From the IMG/VR virus record IMGVR_UViG_3300031688_001339: DNA of 64,000 nucleotides; one strand, given 5' to 3'. Position numbers and translations under genes: made by a program. The notes below the pieces were generated by a model. It was not told where the DNA came from, did no database searches, and saw only the letters and a list, made by a program, of their open reading frames with translations. The DNA is from a virus. Of this stretch, positions 28,072-37,381 are shown piece by piece (within the stretch, counting starts at the first letter, position 1; each line of letters opens with the position of its first letter).

Positions 28072-28746
28072 ATGAAGTATGAGAATGAATTTGGAACAAT
28101 AAAGGTACTAGAAGATAGTAAGTTTAAAAACAAAACTATTGCAGTTGCCATGTCAGGTGGCGCTGATAGTACCTTATTGTGTTATCTCATAGCAAATACA
28201 ATACAAGAACAAGATTTAAATATTACAATACAACCATACAATGGTCTTGACCTATGGGCACCTGGTGATGGTAAACAGATACCTAAAATCATATATTACA
28301 TTAGAAACAAATTTCCATTTGTAACAATCAACTGGCCATTATCTGTGGTGTTTGATACAGAGGGCGGCGAAGCTCCATCAAAACATACTTACATTAGACC
28401 AATGTCAAAAATGTTAGAAGAAAAAATAGTAGACTATACTTTGCATGGCATATCAATGGGTCCTCCTAAAGATATACAAAATTCATTTAAAATTACACAA
28501 GGTCATCCAGAGAAACTAGTAAGGTTACCTGGTGGTCTATATTGGGAAGAACTAGAGAGACAAGAAGATGATCTAGCACCATATAAGACAGTTGATAAGA
28601 GATTTATAATACAAGCATACAATGATCACGACATTACCGATCTATTAGATATGACAGCCTCTTGTATTGTACCTGGTGGTTGTGGTAATACCTGTTGGTG
28701 GTGTCAGGAAAGACAATGGGCATTAGACGAAGTAAATAAGGGTTGA
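28072..28746 (+). CDS. PP-loop ATPase, QueC-like
   Basis: AMSGGADS; C-terminal SC...CGNTCWWCQER. Confidence 0.65.
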   Translation: MKYENEFGTIKVLEDSKFKNKTIAVAMSGGADSTLLCYLIANTIQEQDLNITIQPYNGLDLWAPGDGKQIPKIIYYIRNKFPFVTINWPLSVVFDTEGGEAPSKHTYIRPMSKMLEEKIVDYTLHGISMGPPKDIQNSFKITQGHPEKLVRLPGGLYWEELERQEDDLAPYKTVDKRFIIQAYNDHDITDLLDMTASCIVPGGCGNTCWWCQERQWALDEVNKG

Positions 28747-28771
28747 CAAATTAACAATAAAGTGATAGGAT
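28743..28771 (+). promoter_or_regulatory. Sigma70-type promoter
   Basis: TTGACA-17-TAGGAT. Confidence 0.75.
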
Positions 28772-28780
28772 AATTATATT

Positions 28781-29473
28781 ATGAGCAAATTTACATTTAA
28801 GAAACTAGACGAGACACCTTTGCCGAAAACAAAGGGTAAGAAAATAGATGGATTCAGATTTTACGAAATAGATGGTAAACACTATCCTTCAATAACAACA
28901 GTACTTGGTATTTCAAAGAGTAAAGAACTACAAAAGTGGAGAGACAGTATTGGTGAAGACGTTGCTAATTGGGAAATGAGAAGAGCAGCCAAACGTGGTA
29001 CAGCAACTCACAACTTGATTGAACAATACATGAAAGGTGAAACACCGAGTGAGAGAAGTGTGTTACCTCTAGGTATGTTCAGACTAATTAAACCATACGT
29101 AGATCAGATCAATAACATACATGCTTTAGAGACAATCATGTACAGTAAGAAGTTAACAATTGCTGGACAAGTGGACTGTATTGCAGAGTATAATGGTAAA
29201 CTATCAGTAATTGATTTTAAGACTGCTAACAAAGAAAGACAAGAGTCTTGGATTGAGAATTACTTCTTACAAACATGTGCCTATGCGATGATGTATGAAG
29301 AACTATATGGTACTGAAATTAATCAGTTAGTAATATTAATTGCTGGCGAAGATGGTTCAATGGTGCCTTTTGTTAAAGAAAGAAAACCATATGAAGAAAA
29401 ACTAGGTATTGCTATACAAGGTTTCTATAAACATTATGAAGAAATGAATAAGAATAAAATCAAAGTAGTTTAA
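28781..29473 (+). CDS. PD-(D/E)XK exonuclease
   Basis: YPSITTVL, RGTATH, AGQVDCIA, IDFKT, YFLQ..AYA. Confidence 0.88.
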   Translation: MSKFTFKKLDETPLPKTKGKKIDGFRFYEIDGKHYPSITTVLGISKSKELQKWRDSIGEDVANWEMRRAAKRGTATHNLIEQYMKGETPSERSVLPLGMFRLIKPYVDQINNIHALETIMYSKKLTIAGQVDCIAEYNGKLSVIDFKTANKERQESWIENYFLQTCAYAMMYEELYGTEINQLVILIAGEDGSMVPFVKERKPYEEKLGIAIQGFYKHYEEMNKNKIKVV

Positions 29474-29847
29474 TGGGTAGTTTAAAGAACATACTAATCG
29501 CTTTGGCGATAGTTATGTTTACTCTATTAATTCTATCAACAGGTTTTAAATCAGTAAAAGCAGACGAGTACATGGACAACCCGAACTTGGCTGGAGGCAC
29601 TGTGCCTGTGATATGTGGTGAACCTATTTACGTTTATGAATTTATTGCCTCTAAAGGTTTTATACCAGAGACAGCAAGTTTAGGCAGAGCAGGTGCAGAA
29701 GCAACTGGAGATCCTGTTATGATGGTCACAGAGTTTCAGATGAAAGACCAGAAAATCTATACAATAGATATACCTACAGGCGAACAAACTTGTATACTAG
29801 TACATACATTTAATAGAACAAGTTTAATAAAGGAAAACAATGATTAA
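29473..29847 (+). CDS. Secreted hypothetical protein
   Basis: Signal peptide; PVICG...TCIL. Confidence 0.6.
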   Translation: MGSLKNILIALAIVMFTLLILSTGFKSVKADEYMDNPNLAGGTVPVICGEPIYVYEFIASKGFIPETASLGRAGAEATGDPVMMVTEFQMKDQKIYTIDIPTGEQTCILVHTFNRTSLIKENND

Positions 29848-30064
29848 AATGAACTCCAAGACTTTCTCACAAGAGATAGAAACTGCTGTTAAGAAAGAGA
29901 AATTGTCTTATATGGATGCTATAATACATTTATGTGAAGAAAAAGATTTAGATCCAGGTAAAGTTAATTCATTTATCAACAAACAAATCAAAGAGAAATT
30001 AAAGGTTGAAGCGATCAATTTAAAACTATTAAATATACCAAAACAAGGGTCGCTACCGGTATAA
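29840..30064 (+). CDS. gp33: Late-transcription coactivator (gp33)
   Basis: F...IE......SYMDAI...C, KEKLKVEA..L; adjacent to gp59. Confidence 0.85.
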   Translation: MIKMNSKTFSQEIETAVKKEKLSYMDAIIHLCEEKDLDPGKVNSFINKQIKEKLKVEAINLKLLNIPKQGSLPV

Positions 30065-30066
30065 TA

Positions 30067-30675
30067 ATGCATGACGGATTTGACGTATTTAAAACTTATC
30101 TAGCAATAAAATTACACTTCACAACAGACAAGTATGATTTTCATAGCTATAGTGGCAAGGTCAACTGTAAACTAGATACATTTACAAAGAGAAATGATAG
30201 ATATTTCTTTCACAAGTTAAGTAAACAATACGATAAATATGAGATAACAGACTTCTTCGTTGCTAACTTTTTAGACAATGATAAACAATGGGTCGGAAAC
30301 TTATTAGAAAAAGATGGCAAAAATATATACCTCAATTATAGAAAATATTCAGATAGTGTTAATTACCATTTTAGAGCAGATTGCAAGAGTATTGATACCG
30401 ATTTTGCTAGTCGTGGTATTTCTTTTGACGATGGCCTATCTATTACTGGAGGCCAGCATCCTCGCCTGTTTAAACTTCTTCTCTCAAAAAGAATAACCTT
30501 TCAGACCATGGTGATTCTAAATCATCATTTAGGTTTTGTAAACCGATGGGATAAACAAATTACAGAGACATTTGTATGGCCCATATACTCTAAAAGACTT
30601 AAAAAACACAAAAACTTCATCAAATTCAACGAAACCGAGACTAAATTAACGTTAAAGGACGTGTTTGTTCACTAA
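30067..30675 (+). CDS. gp59: Helicase loader (gp59)
   Basis: YLAIKLHF...YDF..Y.GK, F.KR.DRYFF.KL, FFVANF. Confidence 0.9.
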   Translation: MHDGFDVFKTYLAIKLHFTTDKYDFHSYSGKVNCKLDTFTKRNDRYFFHKLSKQYDKYEITDFFVANFLDNDKQWVGNLLEKDGKNIYLNYRKYSDSVNYHFRADCKSIDTDFASRGISFDDGLSITGGQHPRLFKLLLSKRITFQTMVILNHHLGFVNRWDKQITETFVWPIYSKRLKKHKNFIKFNETETKLTLKDVFVH

Positions 30676-30681
30676 ATGTTC
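30667..30681 (+). promoter_or_regulatory. Alphaproteobacterial LexA (SOS) box
   Basis: GTTC-actaaat-GTTC, 13 nt upstream of the -35 at 30695. Confidence 0.55.
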
Positions 30682-30694
30682 TCATATTAATTAC

Positions 30695-30723
30695 TTGCCT
30701 TTTGCATGTTTTTATGTTATTAT
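30695..30723 (+). promoter_or_regulatory. Sigma70-type promoter
   Basis: TTGCCT-17-TATTAT with an extended TG. Confidence 0.65.
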
Positions 30724-30761
30724 ATACCAATAATATGACAAATAACAAAAAGGAAAACACT

Positions 30762-31955
30762 ATGAAAAAATACTTAACGTTTATTATCACACTTAACATA
30801 CTATTATGGTTTGGTTTATCTAGCATTGCTAATGCACACCATAAATCGTTTGAACAAATGTATAAATTGTACAACTATGGTTCAGATGGTTCAGAAAATT
30901 ACAAGAAATTAGAAACTGAACTTATACAAGAAAACGATTATACAAAATTAATTGATAAACAATTAGCTAACAACAAGAAAACTGCTTTGGTTAATGTTGT
31001 AGTCTTTCAAAATGGTAAGATAGTTGTAGACAAATCTAACTATGAAGGAAGTAATAGTGCGAAAGAATTTAAAAAGAATGATAATCTGTTAAGATCAAAT
31101 TCTATGGGTAAGAGTTTAGTTACCTATGTTGTTGGTCACGCAGTTTGTCAAGGTTATATTGGTAGTGTAAGTCAATCAGTTGCAGATTGGGACGTTTTAA
31201 ATGATACACTATATGCCGATAATACTTTGTTACAAATATTAAACATGACAGCAGGTGATCATAACTTTGTAGGTGAATACAAATATGGTCAGTTTAAAAA
31301 GAGTTCTGATGGTGCTATCTTTGGTAAGGCAGACCAAACTATACAGAAAACAAGTATTGCAAGAACTATGAACATGTACTTTAAAGGTTCTAAAAAGAAA
31401 TCTAACCAATACAATTACTCTGCTCTAGCAACACACGTTGCTGTAAATTATATGATCAGTAAGTTTGATACTGCTCAAGATTATGAGAAGTTTTTAACTT
31501 CAATCTTTAGAGATCATGTTGGTGTTAAAGATAGAGTTAGTTTTCAAAAGACTACTTGGTCGTCAGCAGACTTTAAAGAGGGTAACTCTAGATTTACTTT
31601 CTTTGCTAAGTCACACGATTATATAAGAATAGCAGACCAAATCATAAAAGATTATAACTCTGATTCTTGTATTGGTGAATATTTAAGATTTATTAACGAC
31701 AATAAAGTTAACAAAGGTCACGATGGTTATAAGCCATATCAAATCGGTGCTATCACTAAACAATATGGTGGTCAGTTTCACATGGGTTTCATTGGAATAG
31801 ATAAAAATAGAACTGTTTGGGGAATGGACGGACATGGTGGTCAACAGATAACTCTTGATATGGACAATGGTACAATCATAATGGTTAACTCTGTAGATCA
31901 ACACTACAATTGGAAAAAGATTGTATACGATGTTCTAAAAAAAGGTATTAAGTAA
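30762..31955 (+). CDS. Secreted serine hydrolase, beta-lactamase/PBP fold
   Basis: Signal peptide ending ANA; SMGK (SxxK), LNMTAG, YNYS, GMDGHGGQ. Start set at the RBS-preceded ATG. Confidence 0.8.
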   Translation: MKKYLTFIITLNILLWFGLSSIANAHHKSFEQMYKLYNYGSDGSENYKKLETELIQENDYTKLIDKQLANNKKTALVNVVVFQNGKIVVDKSNYEGSNSAKEFKKNDNLLRSNSMGKSLVTYVVGHAVCQGYIGSVSQSVADWDVLNDTLYADNTLLQILNMTAGDHNFVGEYKYGQFKKSSDGAIFGKADQTIQKTSIARTMNMYFKGSKKKSNQYNYSALATHVAVNYMISKFDTAQDYEKFLTSIFRDHVGVKDRVSFQKTTWSSADFKEGNSRFTFFAKSHDYIRIADQIIKDYNSDSCIGEYLRFINDNKVNKGHDGYKPYQIGAITKQYGGQFHMGFIGIDKNRTVWGMDGHGGQQITLDMDNGTIIMVNSVDQHYNWKKIVYDVLKKGIK

Positions 31956-31979
31956 ACAACAAAAGGAAGGGAAAACAAC

Positions 31980-32174
31980 ATGACGACAAAGAAACTAAAC
32001 TATAAGCTTAAGAAGTACAAATGTACAGTGTGTGACGTTAAATTCATACACAATAAACCAGAGACATTGGTGGGTAAGTTAAGTATTATACCAGTAAACT
32101 TGTGTAAGAAACATTTTACTTTTATAATGAAGAAAGATCATTTACCTCTTAATGATAATAGGAAAGAGGCATAA
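31980..32174 (+). CDS. Small Zn-finger-like protein
   Basis: CTVC...CKKH. Confidence 0.55.
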   Translation: MTTKKLNYKLKKYKCTVCDVKFIHNKPETLVGKLSIIPVNLCKKHFTFIMKKDHLPLNDNRKEA

Positions 32175-32386
32175 TGGCACAATCAGTATATAGCTCCCAT
32201 GATTGGAGAAAGAATACGGCAAGTGCAGTTGTGATGAACGCCGATACATTAGATAAAATGATGGTCAACGATTGTATAGTAAGGTTTATAGACCCTACTA
32301 ACTTAAAAGAGACAGAGGTTGATCTATCAAGATTAGTCAGAGTCTTTGTAACAAATAAGGAGCAAAATAGAAAAAGTGTTAAATAA
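32174..32386 (+). CDS. Hypothetical protein
   Basis: Coupled ORF, HDWRKNT motif. Confidence 0.6.
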   Translation: MAQSVYSSHDWRKNTASAVVMNADTLDKMMVNDCIVRFIDPTNLKETEVDLSRLVRVFVTNKEQNRKSVK

Positions 32387-32615
32387 ATTAGATATAACGT
32401 ATAAGATTGCCATTTTAGGTTTACTCATATACATGGCAATCAGTGTGAAAGAACTTCAAGACGAAGTGTTTAGAGATCCAAGCATAATGATACCAATGTT
32501 TATGAAACCATTATAATGGGATTAGGTGGCCTATTTTTTATAGGAATGATATTAACGATAATCATATTGTATATTGCATACAGTATAGGTTCAAAAGATA
32601 TGAAAGAAACAAAAG

Positions 32616-32969
32616 ATGACGAATAGTGGAATGTTTGAAGACGGAGATGAGATTATCAAACTTAAAAAACAAATCTCAAAATTAAAACAAATCAAAAAAC
32701 AAGAGGTGAGAAAACCTACAATGATTAAGAAGATAACACCATTACATGACTTCTCATGGTATTTAAAATGGTTCAGTTGTTTCTTAATACTAGTGGCAGT
32801 ATGTTTAAGATCAACAGGTTCTTATGCTACTGGCGATCTATATTTTAGTTTGATAGGTACTCTAGGTTGGTTATGGGTAGGTATTCTATGGCATGACAGA
32901 GCATTGATAGTACTGAACACGTGCCTTGCCCTTGTATTACTAATAGGAACAATGAAATTATATGTCTAA
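32616..32969 (+). CDS. Small membrane protein (DUF6552-like)
   Basis: SWYLKW...GWLWVGILWHDRALIVLN. Confidence 0.7.
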   Translation: MTNSGMFEDGDEIIKLKKQISKLKQIKKQEVRKPTMIKKITPLHDFSWYLKWFSCFLILVAVCLRSTGSYATGDLYFSLIGTLGWLWVGILWHDRALIVLNTCLALVLLIGTMKLYV

Positions 32970-33837
32970 CGCATTTGTAATAGGTAACGGAGAAAGTCGT
33001 AAAGAATACGATTTAAATAAATTAAAAGGCAAAGGTAAAATTTATGGTTGTAATGCACTGTATAGAGAATTTACACCAGACGCTTTGATAGCAGTTGATT
33101 CTGGTATCACACATGAAATATATAACAGTGGTTACTGCCAAGAGAACGAAACATATTTAAGAGGTTGGACTAGATTGCCTGCTATGTTATACGACAGTGT
33201 AATAAATGCTGGTGCCTCTATATCTGCTCAAGAAATGGCAGTGGTCAAAGAGAACAATATGATTAACGCCAACGAGAAAGGTGATTGTCAAGAGTTTGTA
33301 ATGCATGGTTCTAATATATCTGGTGCAGTTAAAATAGTACAGAAAGATAAATCTATAACAGATAAGAATGTAAACCATACTGCTGTAGATGTTAGTTGGT
33401 GTACAATGAACTCTAAAGAACAATCTATTGACGATGTAATGACACCAAGAGATTTTGGATTTGGTGCAGGTCCTACAGCTGGTGCAATTGCCATAATACA
33501 AAATCAATCAAAAGTTGCTGCTGGTGAACTAGTAGAAAGTTTACAACTTTTTTTGGTTGGTAATGACCTAGCAACTAACGACAAAGAAGGCAAGATAAAC
33601 AACTTGTACAAAGACAGTAAATATTATGGTGTAAAAGATCAACAACAAGTGCTACCTGATAATTGGATTACACAATGGAAGTCATTGATAATAAACAACC
33701 CTAACGTGACTTTCTACAAAGTAAATCCAAACGCAGACCTAGGACATGACGCAATCAGTAGACCTATCAAAGATTGGGAAGGACATAAAAATGTCTTCTA
33801 TATTGATTACGAAACCATGGAGACATTAATAGGATAA
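32962..33837 (+). CDS. Conserved phage protein, sialyltransferase/MAF-like Rossmann fold
   Basis: VIGNGESR, YGCNALYR, AVD, AGPTA, LVGND, NNLYKD. Confidence 0.6.
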   Translation: MSNAFVIGNGESRKEYDLNKLKGKGKIYGCNALYREFTPDALIAVDSGITHEIYNSGYCQENETYLRGWTRLPAMLYDSVINAGASISAQEMAVVKENNMINANEKGDCQEFVMHGSNISGAVKIVQKDKSITDKNVNHTAVDVSWCTMNSKEQSIDDVMTPRDFGFGAGPTAGAIAIIQNQSKVAAGELVESLQLFLVGNDLATNDKEGKINNLYKDSKYYGVKDQQQVLPDNWITQWKSLIINNPNVTFYKVNPNADLGHDAISRPIKDWEGHKNVFYIDYETMETLIG

Positions 33838-33839
33838 CA

Positions 33840-33868
33840 TTGCCATTTAAGTGGTAGTGTGTTATATT
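33840..33868 (+). promoter_or_regulatory. Sigma70-type promoter
   Basis: TTGCCA-17-TATATT with an extended TG. Confidence 0.6.
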
Positions 33869-33873
33869 AACAT

Positions 33874-34083
33874 ATGACAGTGAAGAAGAAAGATCAGAAT
33901 ATTGTTATTAACGACTATGTAAGATACTACGATAACTCCGCTGATAACGGACATGATATATCAATCCTGAAGACAGATGGTAGCCAACTTAAAATTAAGA
34001 TGAGGTGGCCAAAGGGAGAAGATAGAGTCAATAAACCTGGTAGAGCACATAAAACTGTTATAAATAACTATGATTCCGATTAA
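33874..34083 (+). CDS. Hypothetical protein
   Basis: ORF starting at the predicted transcription start. Confidence 0.55.
   Translation: MTVKKKDQNIVINDYVRYYDNSADNGHDISILKTDGSQLKIKMRWPKGEDRVNKPGRAHKTVINNYDSD
34059..34066 (+). promoter_or_regulatory. T4-type late promoter upstream of gp32
   Basis: TATAAATA. Confidence 0.6.
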
Positions 34084-34137
34084 ACAGGAAACACAAATAC
34101 AATAATACGAAAATATATACAAAAGGAGAATACGAAT

Positions 34138-35037
34138 ATGGATTTTGAAGCATTAAAATCATCATCAAGTGGCTTTGACAAATTAACTAAAGCACTTGAA
34201 ACAAACCTCAATCCTGAGGATAAATCAAACAAGAACAAATATCAAGACGACAGATTTTGGAAGCCTGAACTAGATAAAACTGGTAATGGTTACGCAGTGA
34301 TAAGATTTTTACCTGCTGTAGAGGGAGAAGAACTTCCTTGGCAGAGAGTATGGTCTCATGCTTTCCAAGATAAAGGTGGTTGGTATATTGAGAACTCATT
34401 AACAACAATGAACCAAAAAGATCCTGTGTCCGAAGAAAACACAAGATTGTGGAACACTGGTGTTGATAGTGATAAAGAAATTGCTAGAAAAAGAAAAAGA
34501 AAACTTTCTTATTTTGCAAATATTCTTGTAGTATCAGACCCAAAACATCCAGAATACGAGGGCAAAGTACACTTATTTAAATTTGGTAAAAAGATTTTTG
34601 ATAAGATTACAGAAGCAATGCAACCGGCATTTGAAGATGAGAAACCAATTAACCCATTTGACTTTTGGAAAGGTGCAAACTTTAAACTAAAAATCAGAAA
34701 AGTTGATGGTTACTGGAACTATGATAAGTCAGAATTTGAGGCAGTAACAAGTGTTGCTGAAAGTGACGAGGCGATCAAAACATTATGGTCAAGTCAACAC
34801 GCTCTTAAACCATTCTTGGCAACCGACAATTTTAAATCCTATGATGAACTCAAAGAGAAACTGATTAGGGTAATTGCTGGTACAAGAAGCACGAAGACAG
34901 CAGATAGCGAAGAGCTCCCGCCAACCGCTACACCTACTGGCAAAGTGCAGAGTATGAGTGAAATACCTACTACTCCAGCAGCTAGTGACGATGACGATAC
35001 GTTATCCTACTTTAGTAAATTAGCTGAAGACGAGTAG
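34138..35037 (+). CDS. gp32: Single-stranded DNA-binding protein (gp32)
   Basis: DDRFWK, GNGYAVIRFLP, FGKKIFDKI, GANFKLKI, NYDKSEF, acidic tail. Confidence 0.97.
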   Translation: MDFEALKSSSSGFDKLTKALETNLNPEDKSNKNKYQDDRFWKPELDKTGNGYAVIRFLPAVEGEELPWQRVWSHAFQDKGGWYIENSLTTMNQKDPVSEENTRLWNTGVDSDKEIARKRKRKLSYFANILVVSDPKHPEYEGKVHLFKFGKKIFDKITEAMQPAFEDEKPINPFDFWKGANFKLKIRKVDGYWNYDKSEFEAVTSVAESDEAIKTLWSSQHALKPFLATDNFKSYDELKEKLIRVIAGTRSTKTADSEELPPTATPTGKVQSMSEIPTTPAASDDDDTLSYFSKLAEDE

Positions 35038-35068
35038 AACTAACAATTCCCTCCGTTAGGCATACTTT

Positions 35069-35098
35069 AAGGGCGACCCTCAAAAGTCGCCCTTTTTT
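35069..35098 (+). terminator. Rho-independent terminator
   Basis: AAGGGCGAC-loop-GTCGCCC followed by T6. Confidence 0.85.
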
Positions 35099-35101
35099 CG
35101 T

Positions 35102-35109
35102 TATAAATA
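35102..35109 (+). promoter_or_regulatory. T4-type late promoter
   Basis: TATAAATA 6 nt before the gp2 start. Confidence 0.75.
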
Positions 35110-35115
35110 TACCGT

Positions 35116-35643
35116 ATGGCAATAAGTGTTTTAGATAAACTAGTAGATAACGCAGGTGGTACACCAAAGTCTGCTTCATGGTATAGAAAAGCAATATCAA
35201 CTATTGCAGATAGAGTAACATCTAGAAAGTTGATGAATCAAGGAAAACTAATTGGCCGACCAAGTGTTGGTAGATTAAATATGTTTTTCTATGACCCTAA
35301 ATACAAGAAGACATTACCATATTATGATACGTTTCCGTTGGTACTACCAATAGAGACAATACCAGGTGGATTTGCAGGTATTAACTTTCATTACCTACCA
35401 CCAGCACAGAGATTTACTTTGTTACAACAATTACAAAGATTTGCCGTAAGAGGCACTATTGATGATAAGAATAGATTTGATGTTAGTTATAATAGAGTAA
35501 AGAATATAAGTTTAACAAAAGGTGCAATTAAAAAATACTTATGGGCACATACTAGAAGTAGTTTTTTAAGAATAGATTATGATGAAGCTGCATTAGCAGT
35601 TTATTTGCCAGTTGCACAATTTAAAAAAGGGAAACCGTATTAA
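35116..35643 (+). CDS. gp2: DNA end protector protein (gp2)
   Basis: FFYDPKYK..LPYYDTFPLV, GINFHYLPP..R. Confidence 0.9.
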   Translation: MAISVLDKLVDNAGGTPKSASWYRKAISTIADRVTSRKLMNQGKLIGRPSVGRLNMFFYDPKYKKTLPYYDTFPLVLPIETIPGGFAGINFHYLPPAQRFTLLQQLQRFAVRGTIDDKNRFDVSYNRVKNISLTKGAIKKYLWAHTRSSFLRIDYDEAALAVYLPVAQFKKGKPY

Positions 35644-36623
35644 TGGCAATTTTAAGAGGCGGCAAAAGAATTGGTGGTTACGATATTCGTATCGGTATAC
35701 CGAGAGATAGATCACTAGACAACGTAACAGGTGATCCAAGATTAAAACGTACACAAGGTGGTAATCCTGAATCTACAATGGGTAGAGTACAGGCAATGGT
35801 CAACGAGGCAGAGGGTTTTGCTAGAAAGGCAAGATTTTATGTTGAGTTTCATTTACCTAAATCACTACCTGGTGACCTCAATGGTGGTGTAGGCAATGTA
35901 TCTTCTTCAATGACCGATGAAACGTATGACTCATTTTTTAAGGCCGAAGATATGAATGCTATGCACATTGCAAACGCTAAACGTGTTCAAGCATTTTGTA
36001 GTGCAATTGAAATGCCCGATAGAGAGATAGTCACAAAAGAAATTAGACATGGTAATGCTCCACCTAGAAACGTGGCATATGACATGAAGACACAAGAAAT
36101 AACAGCAACATTTTATGCAGACAAATATTTAAGAGAGAGATCGTATTTTGAGGCATGGCAATCAGCAGCATTTAGTAACAAGTCTTATAACTTAAATTAC
36201 TTTAAGAACTATGTAACTGATATGAGAATATATCAATTAGGTTCATTTGAGTCAAGACAAGAGAGAGACGAGATAACATATGGTGTACAACTTATGGAGT
36301 GTTTACCTACTTCTATTAGTAAAGTTGAATATTCACATGACGAGAATACTGTACAGACATTTTCTGTTACATTTAAATTTACAAACTGGATCAATTTCTT
36401 TTTAGATAAATCAGGCAATATTGAACTAGGCCAATCGCAGTTCAGTACACCAACAGTTAAACAAGATTCAGGTTTATTGGGAGGTTTATTAGGTAAACTA
36501 CCACCGGAATTGAGAAGAGCAGGTAGAGACGTGTTGAATGATTTGAGACGTAGAGTACCACTAGGTAAAATTACCGGCGGTAGAGCGTTCCCACCATTTA
36601 AACTACCACCAATAAATATATAA
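35643..36623 (+). CDS. Tail tube-like baseplate initiator (gp54/gp19 fold)
   Basis: AR..RF.V, C....MP, TFY.D....R.YFEAW, P..IS; follows gp2. Confidence 0.65.
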   Translation: MAILRGGKRIGGYDIRIGIPRDRSLDNVTGDPRLKRTQGGNPESTMGRVQAMVNEAEGFARKARFYVEFHLPKSLPGDLNGGVGNVSSSMTDETYDSFFKAEDMNAMHIANAKRVQAFCSAIEMPDREIVTKEIRHGNAPPRNVAYDMKTQEITATFYADKYLRERSYFEAWQSAAFSNKSYNLNYFKNYVTDMRIYQLGSFESRQERDEITYGVQLMECLPTSISKVEYSHDENTVQTFSVTFKFTNWINFFLDKSGNIELGQSQFSTPTVKQDSGLLGGLLGKLPPELRRAGRDVLNDLRRRVPLGKITGGRAFPPFKLPPINI

Positions 36624-36641
36624 TAACAAAAGGATAATATT

Positions 36642-37376
36642 ATGGCATTACCAATAATAGAGACACCAACATATGAGTTGACATTACCTTCCCAAGACAC
36701 AAAGATTAAATTCAGACCGTTTCTTGTTAAAGAAGAAAAAATGATGTTGATAGCATTAGAGTCTGGTGAAGAAAAACAAATACAAGACGCAACTAAAGAA
36801 GTTTTAGGTGCATGTACATTTAATAAATTAGACATGGACAATGTACCAACGTTTGACATAGAATATATGTTCTTACAAATAAGAGCCAAGTCAGTAGGTG
36901 AAGTTTCAAAATTCAAAGTAGTTTGTCCAGACGACAAGAAAACTTACGTAGATATTGAAATAGATTTATCTAAAGTTGAGGTACAAGTAGACGATGAACA
37001 CACAAATAGAGTAGTTATTGATGAACAAAGGCAATTAGGAGTTGTTCTTAAATACCCTACTTTAAAGATGTTAGGTCAAAAAGATACAATGTCGGCAGAC
37101 TATGATACTGTATTTGAAATGATGTTAAACTGTGTTGATCAAATATATGAGGGTGAGAAGATATACCCTGGTGTAGATACTAGTAAAGAAGAATTGAAAG
37201 ATTTCTTTGAGAAATTACCAACTGGTTCTTTTGAGAAGATTAAAAAATTCTTTGATACAATGCCTAGATTGAGACACGAGCAAGAGGTAACCAATCCTGT
37301 TACTGGTGTTAAGAGTACAGTGACCTTTACCGGTCTACAAGATTTTTTCGGATTGGCCTCTCCCATAATAGCCTAG
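36642..37376 (+). CDS. gp26: Baseplate hub assembly protein gp26 (tail-assembly-chaperone-like)
   Basis: MALP...PTYEL, FRPFLVKEEK, FDIEY.FL.IRAKSVGE, FF.TMP, GLQDFF. Confidence 0.9.
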   Translation: MALPIIETPTYELTLPSQDTKIKFRPFLVKEEKMMLIALESGEEKQIQDATKEVLGACTFNKLDMDNVPTFDIEYMFLQIRAKSVGEVSKFKVVCPDDKKTYVDIEIDLSKVEVQVDDEHTNRVVIDEQRQLGVVLKYPTLKMLGQKDTMSADYDTVFEMMLNCVDQIYEGEKIYPGVDTSKEELKDFFEKLPTGSFEKIKKFFDTMPRLRHEQEVTNPVTGVKSTVTFTGLQDFFGLASPIIA

Positions 37377-37381
37377 AGGCC
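37343..37381 (+). promoter_or_regulatory. Candidate -1 programmed ribosomal frameshift signal
   Basis: In-frame heptamer T TTT TTC (37343-37349), 5-nt spacer, stem GGCCTCT (37355-37361) / AGAGGCC (37375-37381). Confidence 0.75.

Noticed and set aside
28781-29473. Cas4 / CRISPR adaptation gene
   Set aside because: It lacks the four-Cys Fe-S motif and any array; it is the usual T4-like PD-(D/E)XK exonuclease near gp33/gp59.
30762-31955. Functional antibiotic-resistance beta-lactamase
   Set aside because: Only the fold-level SxxK motif is retained; YxN and KTG are divergent.
36233-36937. 234-aa minus-strand ORF and the many other antisense or nested ORFs in the track (e.g. 23448..23897, 37892..38449, 56610..57065, 60312..60794)
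   Set aside because: They lie opposite or inside well-supported genes, have no motifs or RBS, and are expected shadows of biased codon usage.
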